Positions 1-16,488 of a stretch of DNA of 64,000 bases are shown one piece after another (the stretch's first letter is position 1; the number at the start of each line of letters is the position of its first letter). The position numbers and the translations under genes were made by a program. Origin of the DNA: an uncultured Actinomycetes bacterium (GTDB taxonomy: Bacteria; Actinomycetota; Actinomycetes; Mycobacteriales; Jatrophihabitantaceae); NCBI GenBank assembly GCA_963737785.1, contig CAVTTS010000010.1, positions 248,127-312,126 of the forward strand, in the 5' to 3' direction. The notes beneath the pieces were generated by a model. The model did no database searches. It saw nothing but the letters and a program-made list of their open reading frames with translations, and was not told where the DNA came from.

Positions 1-563
1 TCGGGCAGGCCACGGCCGCCGGCCAGGTTCATCGCGACCAGGTCCAGGAAGATCCCGACGACGCGCCGGAAGTCGCGGCGGCGCTGGGCCGCCTCCCCGC
101 GCAGGGCGAGATCCGGCAGGAAGAACGCGCCGGCGCCGAACACGACCGCGGCCAGGGCCGGGATCACCGGAGCGAGTGGGAGGCCGGCCAGGCGCATCAC
201 CGACCACAACGCCGGCGCCAGCAGGAAGAACAGGATCGCGAAGACGACCTTGGTCGCGAGGAACGACCCGAGTGTTCGGCTCATGATCGCGAGGTCGGCG
301 CGTACCCGGCCCAGTCGCCAGCCGCGGTCGGCGGCCAGCACCTCGAGGCGGTCGCCCAACCGGTCGACGGCGCGCTGGATGCCGCCGGCCGACCCCTTCT
401 CGACCTCGAGCGCGGTGGCCGTTCGGGTGTGCATCGAGCGCGATCCCGCATCGATGCGCGCGATCATCGTCGCGACCCCGGGCTGCGGACGCAGCCAGAC
501 CCGGATCAGCGCGTAGATGCCGATGCCGACGATCGCGCCCCAGAACATCGCCCAGATCATCGC
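1..563 (-). CDS. tadC: TadC-like Flp pilus assembly membrane protein (type II secretion system F family), partial: the N-terminal part is in the window and the gene continues beyond the window start
   Basis: Minus-strand ATG at about 563 (plus-strand catcgcccagatcat). The translation is hydrophobic and TM-rich (MIWAMFWGAIVGIGIYALI...). It lies directly downstream of tadB in the same orientation. It is not in the ORF track because it runs off the window. Confidence 0.5.
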
Positions 564-573
564 GGTCGCTCCG

Positions 574-1449
574 TCATCGCGGCACCGCAGCGGGGTCGAC
601 CGGACCGGCCACGAGGAATCGCTCGGTCCGCGCCGGTGACGCCAACCCGCGCAGCCACATGAGTCCGCCGGCCAGCATCGCCACCACGATGAGCAGGACG
701 CACTGGCCGACCAACGTCCCGTACGGCTGGACGTAATGGTGGTTGAAGACGGCCAGGAAGCCCATCACCCCCAGCACGATGAACAGCACGATGCGCACAC
801 TGCTGCGGATGCTCTTGCGGCTGGCCTCGATGCGCCGCCGCATGTCGAGCTCCTCGCGGGCCGAGACCGCCAGCGCGGTCAGGACGTCGCGCAGGCCCGG
901 GCCACGCAGCCGCGCGTTCAGCACCAGGGCGGCACAGATGACGTCGGCGCTCGGATCGTCGATGTCCTCGGCGAACGCGAGCAACGCGTCGGGCAGCGGT
1001 TCGCGGATGCGCAGCCGGTCGACCAGCAGGTTCAGCGACGGGCGGATCGCGGTGCTGGCATTGGCGGCGGTGGCCGGGATGGCCTGCTCGAGGCCGATCG
1101 CGCCGGCGATGGTGTCGCGCAGTGACTCCGTCCAGGACGCCATCGCCTCGAGCCGCGCGATTCCGACCCGCTCGGCCGCGGCGTTGCCGGCGATCCGGTC
1201 CCAGTACGCCGCGAGCAGCGCGATCGCGACCCCGGCGACCACCCACCGGGTGGCGAACAGGGTGAGGCCGCCGGCCACGATGCCGCGCACCAACATCCAG
1301 GTGCGCTGGTTCGCAGACATCCGTCGGCGGCGCGACCGGGACGGCTTGCCGACCGGGCGGTCGGGCAGTCCTACGAAGGCGAGGACGAGCACGAACAGAC
1401 CGAGCCCGACGACCGCACCGGCGGCGATCACGAGCAGGCTGTCGTTCAC
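574..1449 (-). CDS. tadB: TadB-like Flp pilus assembly membrane protein (type II secretion system F family)
   Basis: 291-aa ORF with multiple TM helices and a GspF-like topology. It overlaps the cpaF stop (1446-1449), which is operon-like coupling. Confidence 0.7.
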   Translation of the reverse strand: MNDSLLVIAAGAVVGLGLFVLVLAFVGLPDRPVGKPSRSRRRRMSANQRTWMLVRGIVAGGLTLFATRWVVAGVAIALLAAYWDRIAGNAAAERVGIARLEAMASWTESLRDTIAGAIGLEQAIPATAANASTAIRPSLNLLVDRLRIREPLPDALLAFAEDIDDPSADVICAALVLNARLRGPGLRDVLTALAVSAREELDMRRRIEASRKSIRSSVRIVLFIVLGVMGFLAVFNHHYVQPYGTLVGQCVLLIVVAMLAGGLMWLRGLASPARTERFLVAGPVDPAAVPR

Positions 1450-2762
1450 GACCAGCGTCCCGTGATCTGCGGCGCGTAGCCGTACGGCTCGAGCGCGTCG
1501 ATGCGCGCGATCGGCGCATGCGCGACGGCCCGCCCGTCGGGCGACAGGGCGAACACCTCGCTCGACAGCACGCGCCCGTCGATGCCGGTGACCTCGCGGA
1601 CGCTCTCGATGCAGCGCACCAGGCTGCCGCCGCTCTCGTAGTCGTTGCGCTTGCGCAGGAAGACGACGAAGTTGATCGACCCGGCGATGAGCATGTGCGA
1701 CGCCTCGACGGGCAGGTTCTCGGCCGACTGCAGGGCGTAGGTCGAGATGCGGTTGAAGACCTCGATGGACGAGTTGGCGTGGATGGTCGACAGCGAACCG
1801 TCGTTGCCCTGGCTCATGGCGTTGAGCATCGTCACGATCTCGTCGCCGAGGACCTCGCCGACGATCACCCGACTGGGGTTCATGCGCAGGGAGCGGCGGA
1901 CCAGCTCGGCCATCGTCACGCCGCCGACGCCCTCGGAGTTCGGCAGCCGCTCCTCGAAGGCGACGACGTTGGGGTGCAGGTCGGCGAAGGCGTCGAGCCC
2001 GAGCTCGAGCGCGCGCTCGACGGTGACCAGCCGCTCGTTGGCCGGGATCTCGTTGGCCAGCGCGCGCAGCAGCGTGGTCTTGCCCGAGTTCGTCGAGCCG
2101 GCGATCATCAGGTTCATGCGGGCCAGCACGGCCGCGCGCAGGAACGTCGCCAGCTCGACCGACATCGTCCCGTTGCCGACGAGATCCTCGAGGCTGACCT
2201 TGCCCAGTCGCGACCGGCGGATGCTGACGGACGGGCGCGCACAGACGCCCATGACCGCCGACAGGCGCGAGCCGTCGGGCAGGCGCAGGTCGAGTTGCGG
2301 GTTGGCCGAGTCGAACGGGCGGCTGGTCAGCCCGACGTTCGCGGCCAGCACCTGGATGAGCTCGACGAGCTCGTCGTCGGTCTCGGCGACCGGGTCATGC
2401 AGCTCCTCGCGACCGTCCGCGTAGCCGACGAAGACGCGGTCGCAGCCGTTGATGTCGACGTTCTCGACGTCGGGGTTGTCGAGCAGTGGCTGCAGCCGTC
2501 CGACTCCGAACAGGGCCGCATGGATCGCGGCCGCCGTGGCCTCCTCCAGGTCGGGAGCCATCGGAGCCCGGCCATCGCTGATCTCGGCCCGGGCGTGGTC
2601 CTCGAGCACCTGGACGATCAGCGACCGCGCGAACTGCCGCTCGTCCTCGGTGCTCATCGGCACCCGTCCGGCGATCTCGTCGCCGCGGCGCTGGATGTTC
2701 AGCCGATCGGCGACGCTCGCGCGCAGCCGGCGGATCAGGACCTGATCGGTGGGGGCGGTCAT
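1446..2762 (-). CDS. cpaF: CpaF/TadA family secretion ATPase of the Tad pilus
   Basis: 438 aa. Walker A GSTNSGKTT, Asp box and His box typical of the CpaF/VirB11-like ATPase family. Sits in tad gene context. Confidence 0.9.
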   Translation of the reverse strand: MTAPTDQVLIRRLRASVADRLNIQRRGDEIAGRVPMSTEDERQFARSLIVQVLEDHARAEISDGRAPMAPDLEEATAAAIHAALFGVGRLQPLLDNPDVENVDINGCDRVFVGYADGREELHDPVAETDDELVELIQVLAANVGLTSRPFDSANPQLDLRLPDGSRLSAVMGVCARPSVSIRRSRLGKVSLEDLVGNGTMSVELATFLRAAVLARMNLMIAGSTNSGKTTLLRALANEIPANERLVTVERALELGLDAFADLHPNVVAFEERLPNSEGVGGVTMAELVRRSLRMNPSRVIVGEVLGDEIVTMLNAMSQGNDGSLSTIHANSSIEVFNRISTYALQSAENLPVEASHMLIAGSINFVVFLRKRNDYESGGSLVRCIESVREVTGIDGRVLSSEVFALSPDGRAVAHAPIARIDALEPYGYAPQITGRWS

Positions 2763-3703
2763 CGGGCATCCTGGCCGTGGCGGCCCCGCGGGGTGGCGGC
2801 CGCGGCCCGCTGTTGGCGGCGCTGCTCACGCCGCGACGGTGTGGGCGGCCCGGGTTCCGGCAGCGCCGGCAGCGGCGAGTAGGGGCCGGCCGGGACGGGT
2901 TCGGGCGCGGGCGCATAGCCGGCCGGCGCGTAGGCGACGGGGACCGGCGGCCGGACGAAGTTCGCCAGGGTCGCGACCATCGACTGGCCCGACCGCACGA
3001 GCAGCGTGCGCTCCGGACGGCTGACCGGACGCCCGTCGAAGATGCCCGCCCCGACGCGGTCGGTCGCGAGGTGGCCCAGGAACTCGGCTCCGGGCACGTC
3101 CTCGCGGATCGTGGCCACCGCCCCCGCGACGTCGCGGCTGTTCGGTGGCGCCTGGACGGCCATGCCGAGCAACGGGGCGCGGCCGCTCGTCCCGACGACG
3201 GCCGGAGCGAGATTGTGCAGGCGCGAACGCGTGCTCACGACACTCGACACGCTCGTCCCGAGCACGCAGACGGCGACGTCCGAGGCCTGGACGATCGGCA
3301 TCAGCGGCGAGCGCGAATCGACCCGCCCGACATCGACGATGACGTCGTAGCCCTCGAGGTTGCGGAACGCGTCGGCCAGAACGCTCCAGAGCTGGCCGCC
3401 GGCGTGGCTCTGTTCCGGACCGGAGAGGCCGACGATGACCTCGCCACCGCCGGCGACGCTCTGGGCGTGCTCGAGCAGGACGTTCGGGTGCAGTGTCCGG
3501 CGGGCCAGCGGCAGCAAGGTGAGCATCCCGCGGGTCAGGTCGAGCGGCTGGCCGTACGGGTTCGACAGGCGCAACCCGACGTCGCCGCCGACCGGGTCGC
3601 AGTCGACGAGCAGCGCCCGCCCCGGCCACAGCGACGCCGCCAGCATCGCCGCCGTGGTGGTGCCCGGGGCGCCCTTCGCCGAGAAGAAGCAGACAACGCT
3701 CAC
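2759..3703 (-). CDS. TadZ/CpaE-like ParA/MinD-type ATPase-like pilus assembly protein (ssd-like)
   Basis: N-terminal deviant Walker A FFSAKGAPGTTT. Lies immediately upstream of cpaF with a 4-nt overlap. Same arrangement as the mycobacterial tad locus. Confidence 0.65.
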   Translation of the reverse strand: MSVVCFFSAKGAPGTTTAAMLAASLWPGRALLVDCDPVGGDVGLRLSNPYGQPLDLTRGMLTLLPLARRTLHPNVLLEHAQSVAGGGEVIVGLSGPEQSHAGGQLWSVLADAFRNLEGYDVIVDVGRVDSRSPLMPIVQASDVAVCVLGTSVSSVVSTRSRLHNLAPAVVGTSGRAPLLGMAVQAPPNSRDVAGAVATIREDVPGAEFLGHLATDRVGAGIFDGRPVSRPERTLLVRSGQSMVATLANFVRPPVPVAYAPAGYAPAPEPVPAGPYSPLPALPEPGPPTPSRREQRRQQRAAAATPRGRHGQDAR

Positions 3704-3714
3704 GCGATCATCGC

Positions 3715-4434
3715 CTAGTTGGTCGCGTAGTCGATCGACAGGTGCGTGTCGACGGGCAGCTCGCCGATAGCGACGGAGTCAGCGGTGGCGTACGGCACCA
3801 GGGCCTGCGCATCAGCGGTGGTGAGCAGCAGCGAGACGCTGACCGTGCCACTCGACGAGGTGGCACCGACGACGACGTCGACCACCCGCGCGGACGAGAC
3901 GATGACGTAGCCGACGGGCAACTGCGGCGCCGTCGAACTGCCGGTGCTGCCGGTGGTGGTGCCCGTGCCCGTGGTCGATCCGTTCGAGTGCGGGCCGTAG
4001 AACACCCGCACGATGTCGCCGGGCGCGATCTGCTTCGCCGGCCGCTGGTCGATCGACAGGGTCACTCCGAGGACGACGGAGTCGGCCGGCACGACCTGCT
4101 TGATGCGGAACATCTGCGCGTTGATCAGAGTCCCGGACGGGATGCTCGTCGTCGCGTAACTGCCGATGAAGTTCGCCTCCGCGTCGGCGTCGACGACGTT
4201 CGCGCCGTCGGAGGCGACCCGCGTCGTGGTGAAGTCGTTCGCGCTGACCTTCTGGCCGGCGGGGATGGCATGCGACGCGACCAGCACATCGACCCGATTG
4301 CCGGTGCGGTAGACGACGATCGCGGCGCTGAGGGCACCGACGACGATCAGCAGCACAGCGAGCACCGCCAGCAGACCGCGCCGATCGCGCGCGGGCGTCG
4401 GCAAGCGATTACGCGACTGCTGTGGGCTGACCAA
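3715..4434 (-). CDS. CpaB/RcpC-like SAF-domain pilus assembly protein
   Basis: 239 aa. Single N-terminal TM helix (LLAVLAVLLIVVGALSAAIVVY) followed by a beta-rich domain with a Thr/Gly/Ser linker. Position is upstream of tadZ. Confidence 0.5.
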   Translation of the reverse strand: MVSPQQSRNRLPTPARDRRGLLAVLAVLLIVVGALSAAIVVYRTGNRVDVLVASHAIPAGQKVSANDFTTTRVASDGANVVDADAEANFIGSYATTSIPSGTLINAQMFRIKQVVPADSVVLGVTLSIDQRPAKQIAPGDIVRVFYGPHSNGSTTGTGTTTGSTGSSTAPQLPVGYVIVSSARVVDVVVGATSSSGTVSVSLLLTTADAQALVPYATADSVAIGELPVDTHLSIDYATN

Positions 4435-4574
4435 CTAAACCTCCGTCATACAAGGCTGGCCTGGTCAGGTTACCCAGTCCCCCCGAGGCCCGCCGATCGG
4501 GGCATATCGGGCGACGCCACTCGTCCGGTCTCTGGCCCGCCACTCGTTGGATCTGTGGCCCGCCACTCGTTCGG

Positions 4575-5681
4575 TCAGTGGTAGGTGAACGTGTATTTGA
4601 GCGACGCCGCGAAGTTCCCGGCCTGGCCGGGTGTGACGTCGAGTTTCATCGTCACGTCGTAGGCGGCGGTACTGGTGCCGGCGAGTGTCTTCGTGACTCG
4701 CTGGCCCGCGGGGGCCGCGAAGATCGACTGGACAGCGACCGGATCGACGCCGAGCAGCGGGGCCGCGGCGAGGGCGTCCCGCTCGACGGCGGCCACACTC
4801 GAATCCGCGACGGAGAAGACCGTGCTGACCGGCGCGGCGCTGTCGGCCGCACTGTCGTCGGCCGACCGGGCCGAGGTCGACGCGGCGGAGGTCAGCGGCT
4901 GTTCGAGGGAGCCGCCCGGCAGGGTCAGCGCGAACGTCAGGGTCTGCCCCCAGGGCGGCTGGATGTAGGAATCCGAGTAGCCGTCGAGCATCCCGACGTC
5001 CGCTCGGTCAGGACGCCGGGTCAGGTCGAGCGCGAACCTGCCGTCGCTGACGACCTTGTCGATCGCCGCGTTGTGGAAGTAATCGATCTGGATCACGTAC
5101 TGCGCGGTGACATCCCCGTTGTCGCCGTCGGACAGTTCGACATCGAGCGACAGCCAGTCGTCGACCAGGCCGTGCAGCACCCGCTGCTGCGGAACGACGA
5201 CCCCGGTGCCGACCTGGGGCAGCACCTGCTCGATCTCGGCCGCGGACAGGCCGAGGATCGAGGCGTCGGCCAGCAGGCTCGTCCGGGCGCTCTCGGCGTC
5301 GTCGAACGTGCGGGAGATGTCGAACCACTTCGGGGTGTGCGTGTAGTTCTTGTCCTGCGCGCCGCCGGCGGCGTCGCTCGCGGCGGTCACGTCGAACGCC
5401 GGAATGACGATGGTCCCGCCCGGCAACACCGCCTTCGTCTGCAGCATCGGTCCACTGCGTTGGTAGGAGCGGTAGTTCCGATCGGCGGCGAAGCCGAAAC
5501 TCGCCCGGGTCGGACGGGTCGTGAAGTCGAGCGTCAGCGCGTTGCCGTGGACGATCGAAGCCGGCTGGTTGTCGGTGTTGCGGCCCTGCGTCATGCACCC
5601 TCCGAGCAGAGATATGGCGGCCACCACGACGAGGGCCGAGACCGCGCGAACAACACTCGCCCGGTTCTCACGGGAAGCCAA
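4575..5681 (-). CDS. Lipoprotein of unknown function
   Basis: 368 aa. Signal peptide plus lipobox LLGGC. Its start overlaps the stop of the upstream 630-aa gene (5668-5681), consistent with translational coupling. Confidence 0.6.
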   Translation of the reverse strand: MASRENRASVVRAVSALVVVAAISLLGGCMTQGRNTDNQPASIVHGNALTLDFTTRPTRASFGFAADRNYRSYQRSGPMLQTKAVLPGGTIVIPAFDVTAASDAAGGAQDKNYTHTPKWFDISRTFDDAESARTSLLADASILGLSAAEIEQVLPQVGTGVVVPQQRVLHGLVDDWLSLDVELSDGDNGDVTAQYVIQIDYFHNAAIDKVVSDGRFALDLTRRPDRADVGMLDGYSDSYIQPPWGQTLTFALTLPGGSLEQPLTSAASTSARSADDSAADSAAPVSTVFSVADSSVAAVERDALAAAPLLGVDPVAVQSIFAAPAGQRVTKTLAGTSTAAYDVTMKLDVTPGQAGNFAASLKYTFTYH

Positions 5682-7560
5682 TACTTACGCCCCCGCCGAC
5701 GCTGATGTTCCAGTCCTCCAACAGGTTCTTGACCAGCTGCGGCCAGCGGTTGGCCAGCCGCTGCTGCTCGATGCGGGAGTCGACCGACGAGGCGACGATC
5801 TGGCGGACCTCGTCCGGGTTGTCGGCCAGCAGCTTCTGGTAGGCGGGCAGCGTGTCGTTGGTGACATAGTCCCAGCGGGCGTTCTTGTCGGTGATGTTGA
5901 AGTCGGGCAGGGGCAGCGAGAGCGAGCCGTCGACCGTCTCGTGCACGAACGGGAACGGCTCGACGGTCACCGACGCCGAGATCGTCAGCGGCGAGTACTG
6001 GGCCGGCGTCTTGGTGCCCGGGATCGACGCCGACCCGATGACGGTCATGAGGTAGGTCATGCCCTCGCCGATCGGCCCGTCGTGGTTGCGCATGTCGTCG
6101 TACTGCTTGTTGATGATCTGGTTCTGCTCGCGCGACAACAGCAGCTTGTTGCCGGCCGCGACGTTGGCCGGCGTGCCTGAGTCGATCAGCTGCCAGGCCT
6201 GATCGGCGGGGCCGTCGATGAGCCCGGCGGCGTACATCTCGTCGATCGCCGCCGTTCCGCCATTCACGTAGGCTTCGTGCATCGACGCCTGGTCGAAGAA
6301 GATGTGCTTCTGCATGGCCAGGAACTTCTGCTCGAACCACTGGAACTCGGCGGCGCTCATGTTGCTGACTGCACCCATCGCCTGCAGCTCGGGCGGCAAC
6401 GCGCCCCGCAGCCAGCTCGGCACCTTGTTCAGCTGGCCGCCCAGCGCGCCGGCGAGGTCCTTGAACATGTTGATGTCGAGAAACCCGGCCGCGAACGACG
6501 GGCCGATCATGTTCGCCATGCCCGCCCAGGTCAGGTTCGGGTTGTTCAGGAACAGCTGCCCGTAGAAGGTGTAGACCGCCGAGATCGTCGCGCGGTTACC
6601 GTCCGTCCCGGCCGCGGGATCCCAGCCGTTGAGGTCGATGCCGGCCGCGACCGCTGCTTTGACCGCCCAGTACTGTGCGAGCAGCGCCGAGTAGCGGACG
6701 GGCGGAATGCCGTCGGCCCGCGCGTCGTCGAGCAGGGCCTGCAGGATCGCGGGATCGGTCGTCAGCGTGGTCACCGGCCCGCCCGGCAGCTCGCCGTCCT
6801 TGTTGTCCTCGACGATGTCGAGGATCTTCTCGGCGGCCGCCATCGCCGGCGCCATCATCGACCACGCCTGGGCCGTGGTCAGCGTGCCCGCGGCGGCCTG
6901 GCCCTGCAGCCCGATAACTCCGTACGCGGCGTCGACCCGGCGGCCGATCTCGTCGAGCGGCACGCTCGAACCACCGGGCAGGATGCTGTCGGTCTCGGCG
7001 TCGATGGCGGCGGCCAGCTTCGATCCGAGCGAGTTCAGCGACGACTTGGCCAGCAGCGCCTCGTTGACGAGCAGCCCCTGCTGCCGGGCCGCGTGCTGGT
7101 AGATCGTGTCCTGTTGGTCGGACTGCGTCGGCGGCAGCGACCGGGCCAGCGCGTCGGCGTTCTGCTCGATCGAGTCGTATTGCCGTTTGAGCCCGGCGAG
7201 CGTCTCGCAGGTACTGGTGAACTGCTTGGCGTACGCCGAGAGCAGCTGCGACACCGTCCCGCTCGCCGAGATGACCGCTTCGAGCTCGACCTGGATGCCG
7301 AACGAGGCGGTTTGGAAGTCCGTCGAACGAGTGCCGTGCCAGAGCGCGACAGCGGTCGCGATCGCCGACTTCACGGTGCCGGCGTCGGTCGTCATCTGGG
7401 CGGACGTGGTGCCGAACGTCCGCGCCGCGCCGGCCAGCGCGCCCGCATCGCCCGAGGGCGGGTCGAAGACGTCGCTCATCCACGTCCTCGCTGCGCTGCG
7501 GGCGCGGTCGAGGCTTCTCGCGCGCTGCACCGATGATTCGCTCGCTCGGCGCTCGCTCAT
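5668..7560 (-). CDS. Large hypothetical protein with a WXG100-like N-terminal helical hairpin (possible T7SS-substrate-like or Tad-associated protein)
   Basis: 630 aa. The N-terminal ~100 aa are helical with a central W-H-G motif (AVALWHGTRSTDF). The rest is Ala-rich with no TM segment. Its start overlaps the stop of the small upstream ORF by 4 nt. An alternative start is Met28 at about 7479. Confidence 0.5.
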   Translation of the reverse strand: MSERRASESSVQRARSLDRARSAARTWMSDVFDPPSGDAGALAGAARTFGTTSAQMTTDAGTVKSAIATAVALWHGTRSTDFQTASFGIQVELEAVISASGTVSQLLSAYAKQFTSTCETLAGLKRQYDSIEQNADALARSLPPTQSDQQDTIYQHAARQQGLLVNEALLAKSSLNSLGSKLAAAIDAETDSILPGGSSVPLDEIGRRVDAAYGVIGLQGQAAAGTLTTAQAWSMMAPAMAAAEKILDIVEDNKDGELPGGPVTTLTTDPAILQALLDDARADGIPPVRYSALLAQYWAVKAAVAAGIDLNGWDPAAGTDGNRATISAVYTFYGQLFLNNPNLTWAGMANMIGPSFAAGFLDINMFKDLAGALGGQLNKVPSWLRGALPPELQAMGAVSNMSAAEFQWFEQKFLAMQKHIFFDQASMHEAYVNGGTAAIDEMYAAGLIDGPADQAWQLIDSGTPANVAAGNKLLLSREQNQIINKQYDDMRNHDGPIGEGMTYLMTVIGSASIPGTKTPAQYSPLTISASVTVEPFPFVHETVDGSLSLPLPDFNITDKNARWDYVTNDTLPAYQKLLADNPDEVRQIVASSVDSRIEQQRLANRWPQLVKNLLEDWNISVGGGVSIGFP

Positions 7561-7853
7561 TCGGCGCGCATCCGTCCGCCCCCGGCGACCGCGAGGTCGG
7601 TGCCGCCGTTGGCGGCCAGCGTCCCGACGGCTTGCAGCTGCGTTTCGATGTCACTGGCCGACCGGGCGGCCACCGCCCCGAATCGGGCCAGCGCCGCGGC
7701 CGCGGCGGCGGATCCCACGGATCCCGAGCCCGTCGACCCCGCGGAGCTCAGGGCGCTGGACGCGCTGCCGACCGTCGCGCCGGCCGAACGCAGCGGACCC
7801 GCGACGCCGCGGATCGCATCCGGATCACCGCCGACCGGGCTGCCCATGGACAC
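7557..7853 (-). CDS. Small Ala/Gly/Ser-rich helical protein, hypothetical, co-transcribed with the 630-aa protein
   Basis: 98-aa ORF whose stop overlaps the downstream start (ATGA). Low-complexity composition. This could be a small secretion-partner-like protein or non-coding. Confidence 0.35.
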   Translation of the reverse strand: MSMGSPVGGDPDAIRGVAGPLRSAGATVGSASSALSSAGSTGSGSVGSAAAAAALARFGAVAARSASDIETQLQAVGTLAANGGTDLAVAGGGRMRAE

Positions 7854-7865
7854 AGGCTACCCGCG

Positions 7866-7935
7866 AATCTTGATGCGTATGCGTCGCTATAGCGGAGTAT
7901 GCGTATCGGCGTCCGGACGCTGATACGCCGAAGGG
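7866..7935. repeat. Isolated copy of the GATAC/GTATC palindromic repeat family (a near-perfect palindrome GCGTATCGGCGTCCGGACGCTGATACGC)
   Basis: Sequence cttgatgcgtatgcgtcgctatagcggagtatgcgtatcggcgtccggacgctgatacgcc shares motifs (gatgcgtatgcgtcg, gtatcagcgtcc) with the array at 16468-16870. Confidence 0.55.
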
Positions 7936-7968
7936 CCGGCCCCCGCTGGTGCGGGAGCCGGCCCTTCG
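7931..7968 (-). terminator. Putative intrinsic terminator downstream of rpoC
   Basis: GC-rich inverted repeat agggccggcccccgc...gcgggagccggccct just after the rpoC stop. The downstream tract is only weakly U-rich. Confidence 0.35.
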
Positions 7969-7980
7969 AGCGATCTGCGA

Positions 7981-11889
<3,909 letters not shown>

Positions 11890-11988
11890 GGTTCCTACCT
11901 TCTTTTGGTCGTGCTTTGTACTTCGGGGCGGCTCCGGCCGGCGATGGCGTGATGCAGGTTTCGCACCACTCCGCCGCCGGCCATCGCC

Positions 11989-15462
<3,474 letters not shown>

Positions 15463-15723
15463 GGACTACTGAGCGGGCCGATCCGCTGCCTTGGGCACCA
15501 CGAAGCAGACCCTTTACGGGCCGCGGGGTGTCGGAGGGCAGCGCAACACAGCAGTCTAGCCATCTTGGGCAGGGCGACGCAAGGCCACCCCCTGTAGGCG
15601 CATGAAAAGGGTGGCTCACATACCCGCCGACGTCAAGCACCGCGGCTCAAAGTCTTGCGGACGTGTCCGGTCCAATCAGTACAAAATGGCGCATCCGGTG
15701 GCCCGTGTCGGGCTTTGGCGGCG

Positions 15724-16488
15724 CTACGGCTGGGGTTCGCGATCCGGTGCGACGCCTGGTTGTTCGCTCGCAGCGAGCACGTAGAGCCACGGCTCGCGCG
15801 CTCCGTCGACGTGGTCCAGGCTCAATAAAGTCCACGGCGAGCCGTCGATCACCGCCCGTAGCTCCGGCGCGCGCCAGTAGGTGAAGTGGCGCGCGACGTC
15901 GAGGCGCTCGGTCGTCCAGCCGTCTCCGTCGCCCTCTTTCACGGTGAACGCCAGGATGCCGCCGGGGCGCGTAGCCGCGGCGGCTTTGCTCAGCGCGTCG
16001 CGCAGCTCGTCGCGGGTGAGATGCAGCAGGACGGCGAAGGCCACCACCGCGTCGTACGGGCCGCCGAAATCGTCCGTCACGAGATCGAGCCGATCGGCAG
16101 CCTGGCCGCTCGCGCGCATCAGATCGACGAAGGCCTGCGTGCCATCGGTGCGACGGACGTGCAGTCCGCGCTGCTCGAGGGCGGTGGCATCGCGGCCCGT
16201 CCCGCTGCCCAGTTCGAGGACGTGTGCGCCGGGTGGTGTGCGCGCGGCGACCTCGTCGAGCAGGGCCGCCATCGCCGGGGTCGGATGGGTGGACGTCAGG
16301 TCGGCGTAGGTCTGCGCAGCCCGTTCGTAGGAGGCGATCGTGGCGCGGTTGGTGTTTTCCGTCGGCGCCGGGTCGTGGCCGTCAGTCACCGCCCCAGCGT
16401 CCCAGATGGTGGCAGGCCTGCGCGCGGACCGGTCGGACCCGGGCCTGGTCCGAGATGCCGCTGGACCCTGATATTCATGCGTCGTCAT
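15724..16488 (-). CDS. Class I SAM-dependent methyltransferase
   Basis: Motif I VLELGSGTG. The annotated N-terminus runs into the palindromic repeat array, so the real start is probably internal, for example the GTG at about 16389 (VTDGHDP...). Confidence 0.7.
   Translation of the reverse strand: MTTHEYQGPAASRTRPGSDRSARRPATIWDAGAVTDGHDPAPTENTNRATIASYERAAQTYADLTSTHPTPAMAALLDEVAARTPPGAHVLELGSGTGRDATALEQRGLHVRRTDGTQAFVDLMRASGQAADRLDLVTDDFGGPYDAVVAFAVLLHLTRDELRDALSKAAAATRPGGILAFTVKEGDGDGWTTERLDVARHFTYWRAPELRAVIDGSPWTLLSLDHVDGAREPWLYVLAASEQPGVAPDREPQP

Noticed and set aside
557-1519. 320-aa minus-strand ORF overlapping tadB in another frame
   Set aside because: It has Arg/Pro/Gly-rich low-complexity composition. 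The tadB frame (574-1449) encodes a coherent multi-TM protein, so the overlapping ORF is spurious.
1446-2762. Conjugative type IV secretion VirB11 ATPase instead of a Tad ATPase
   Set aside because: It is flanked by tadB/tadC-like GspF-family membrane proteins and a TadZ/CpaE-like ParA protein in the canonical tad order, with no relaxase or VirB/VirD genes.
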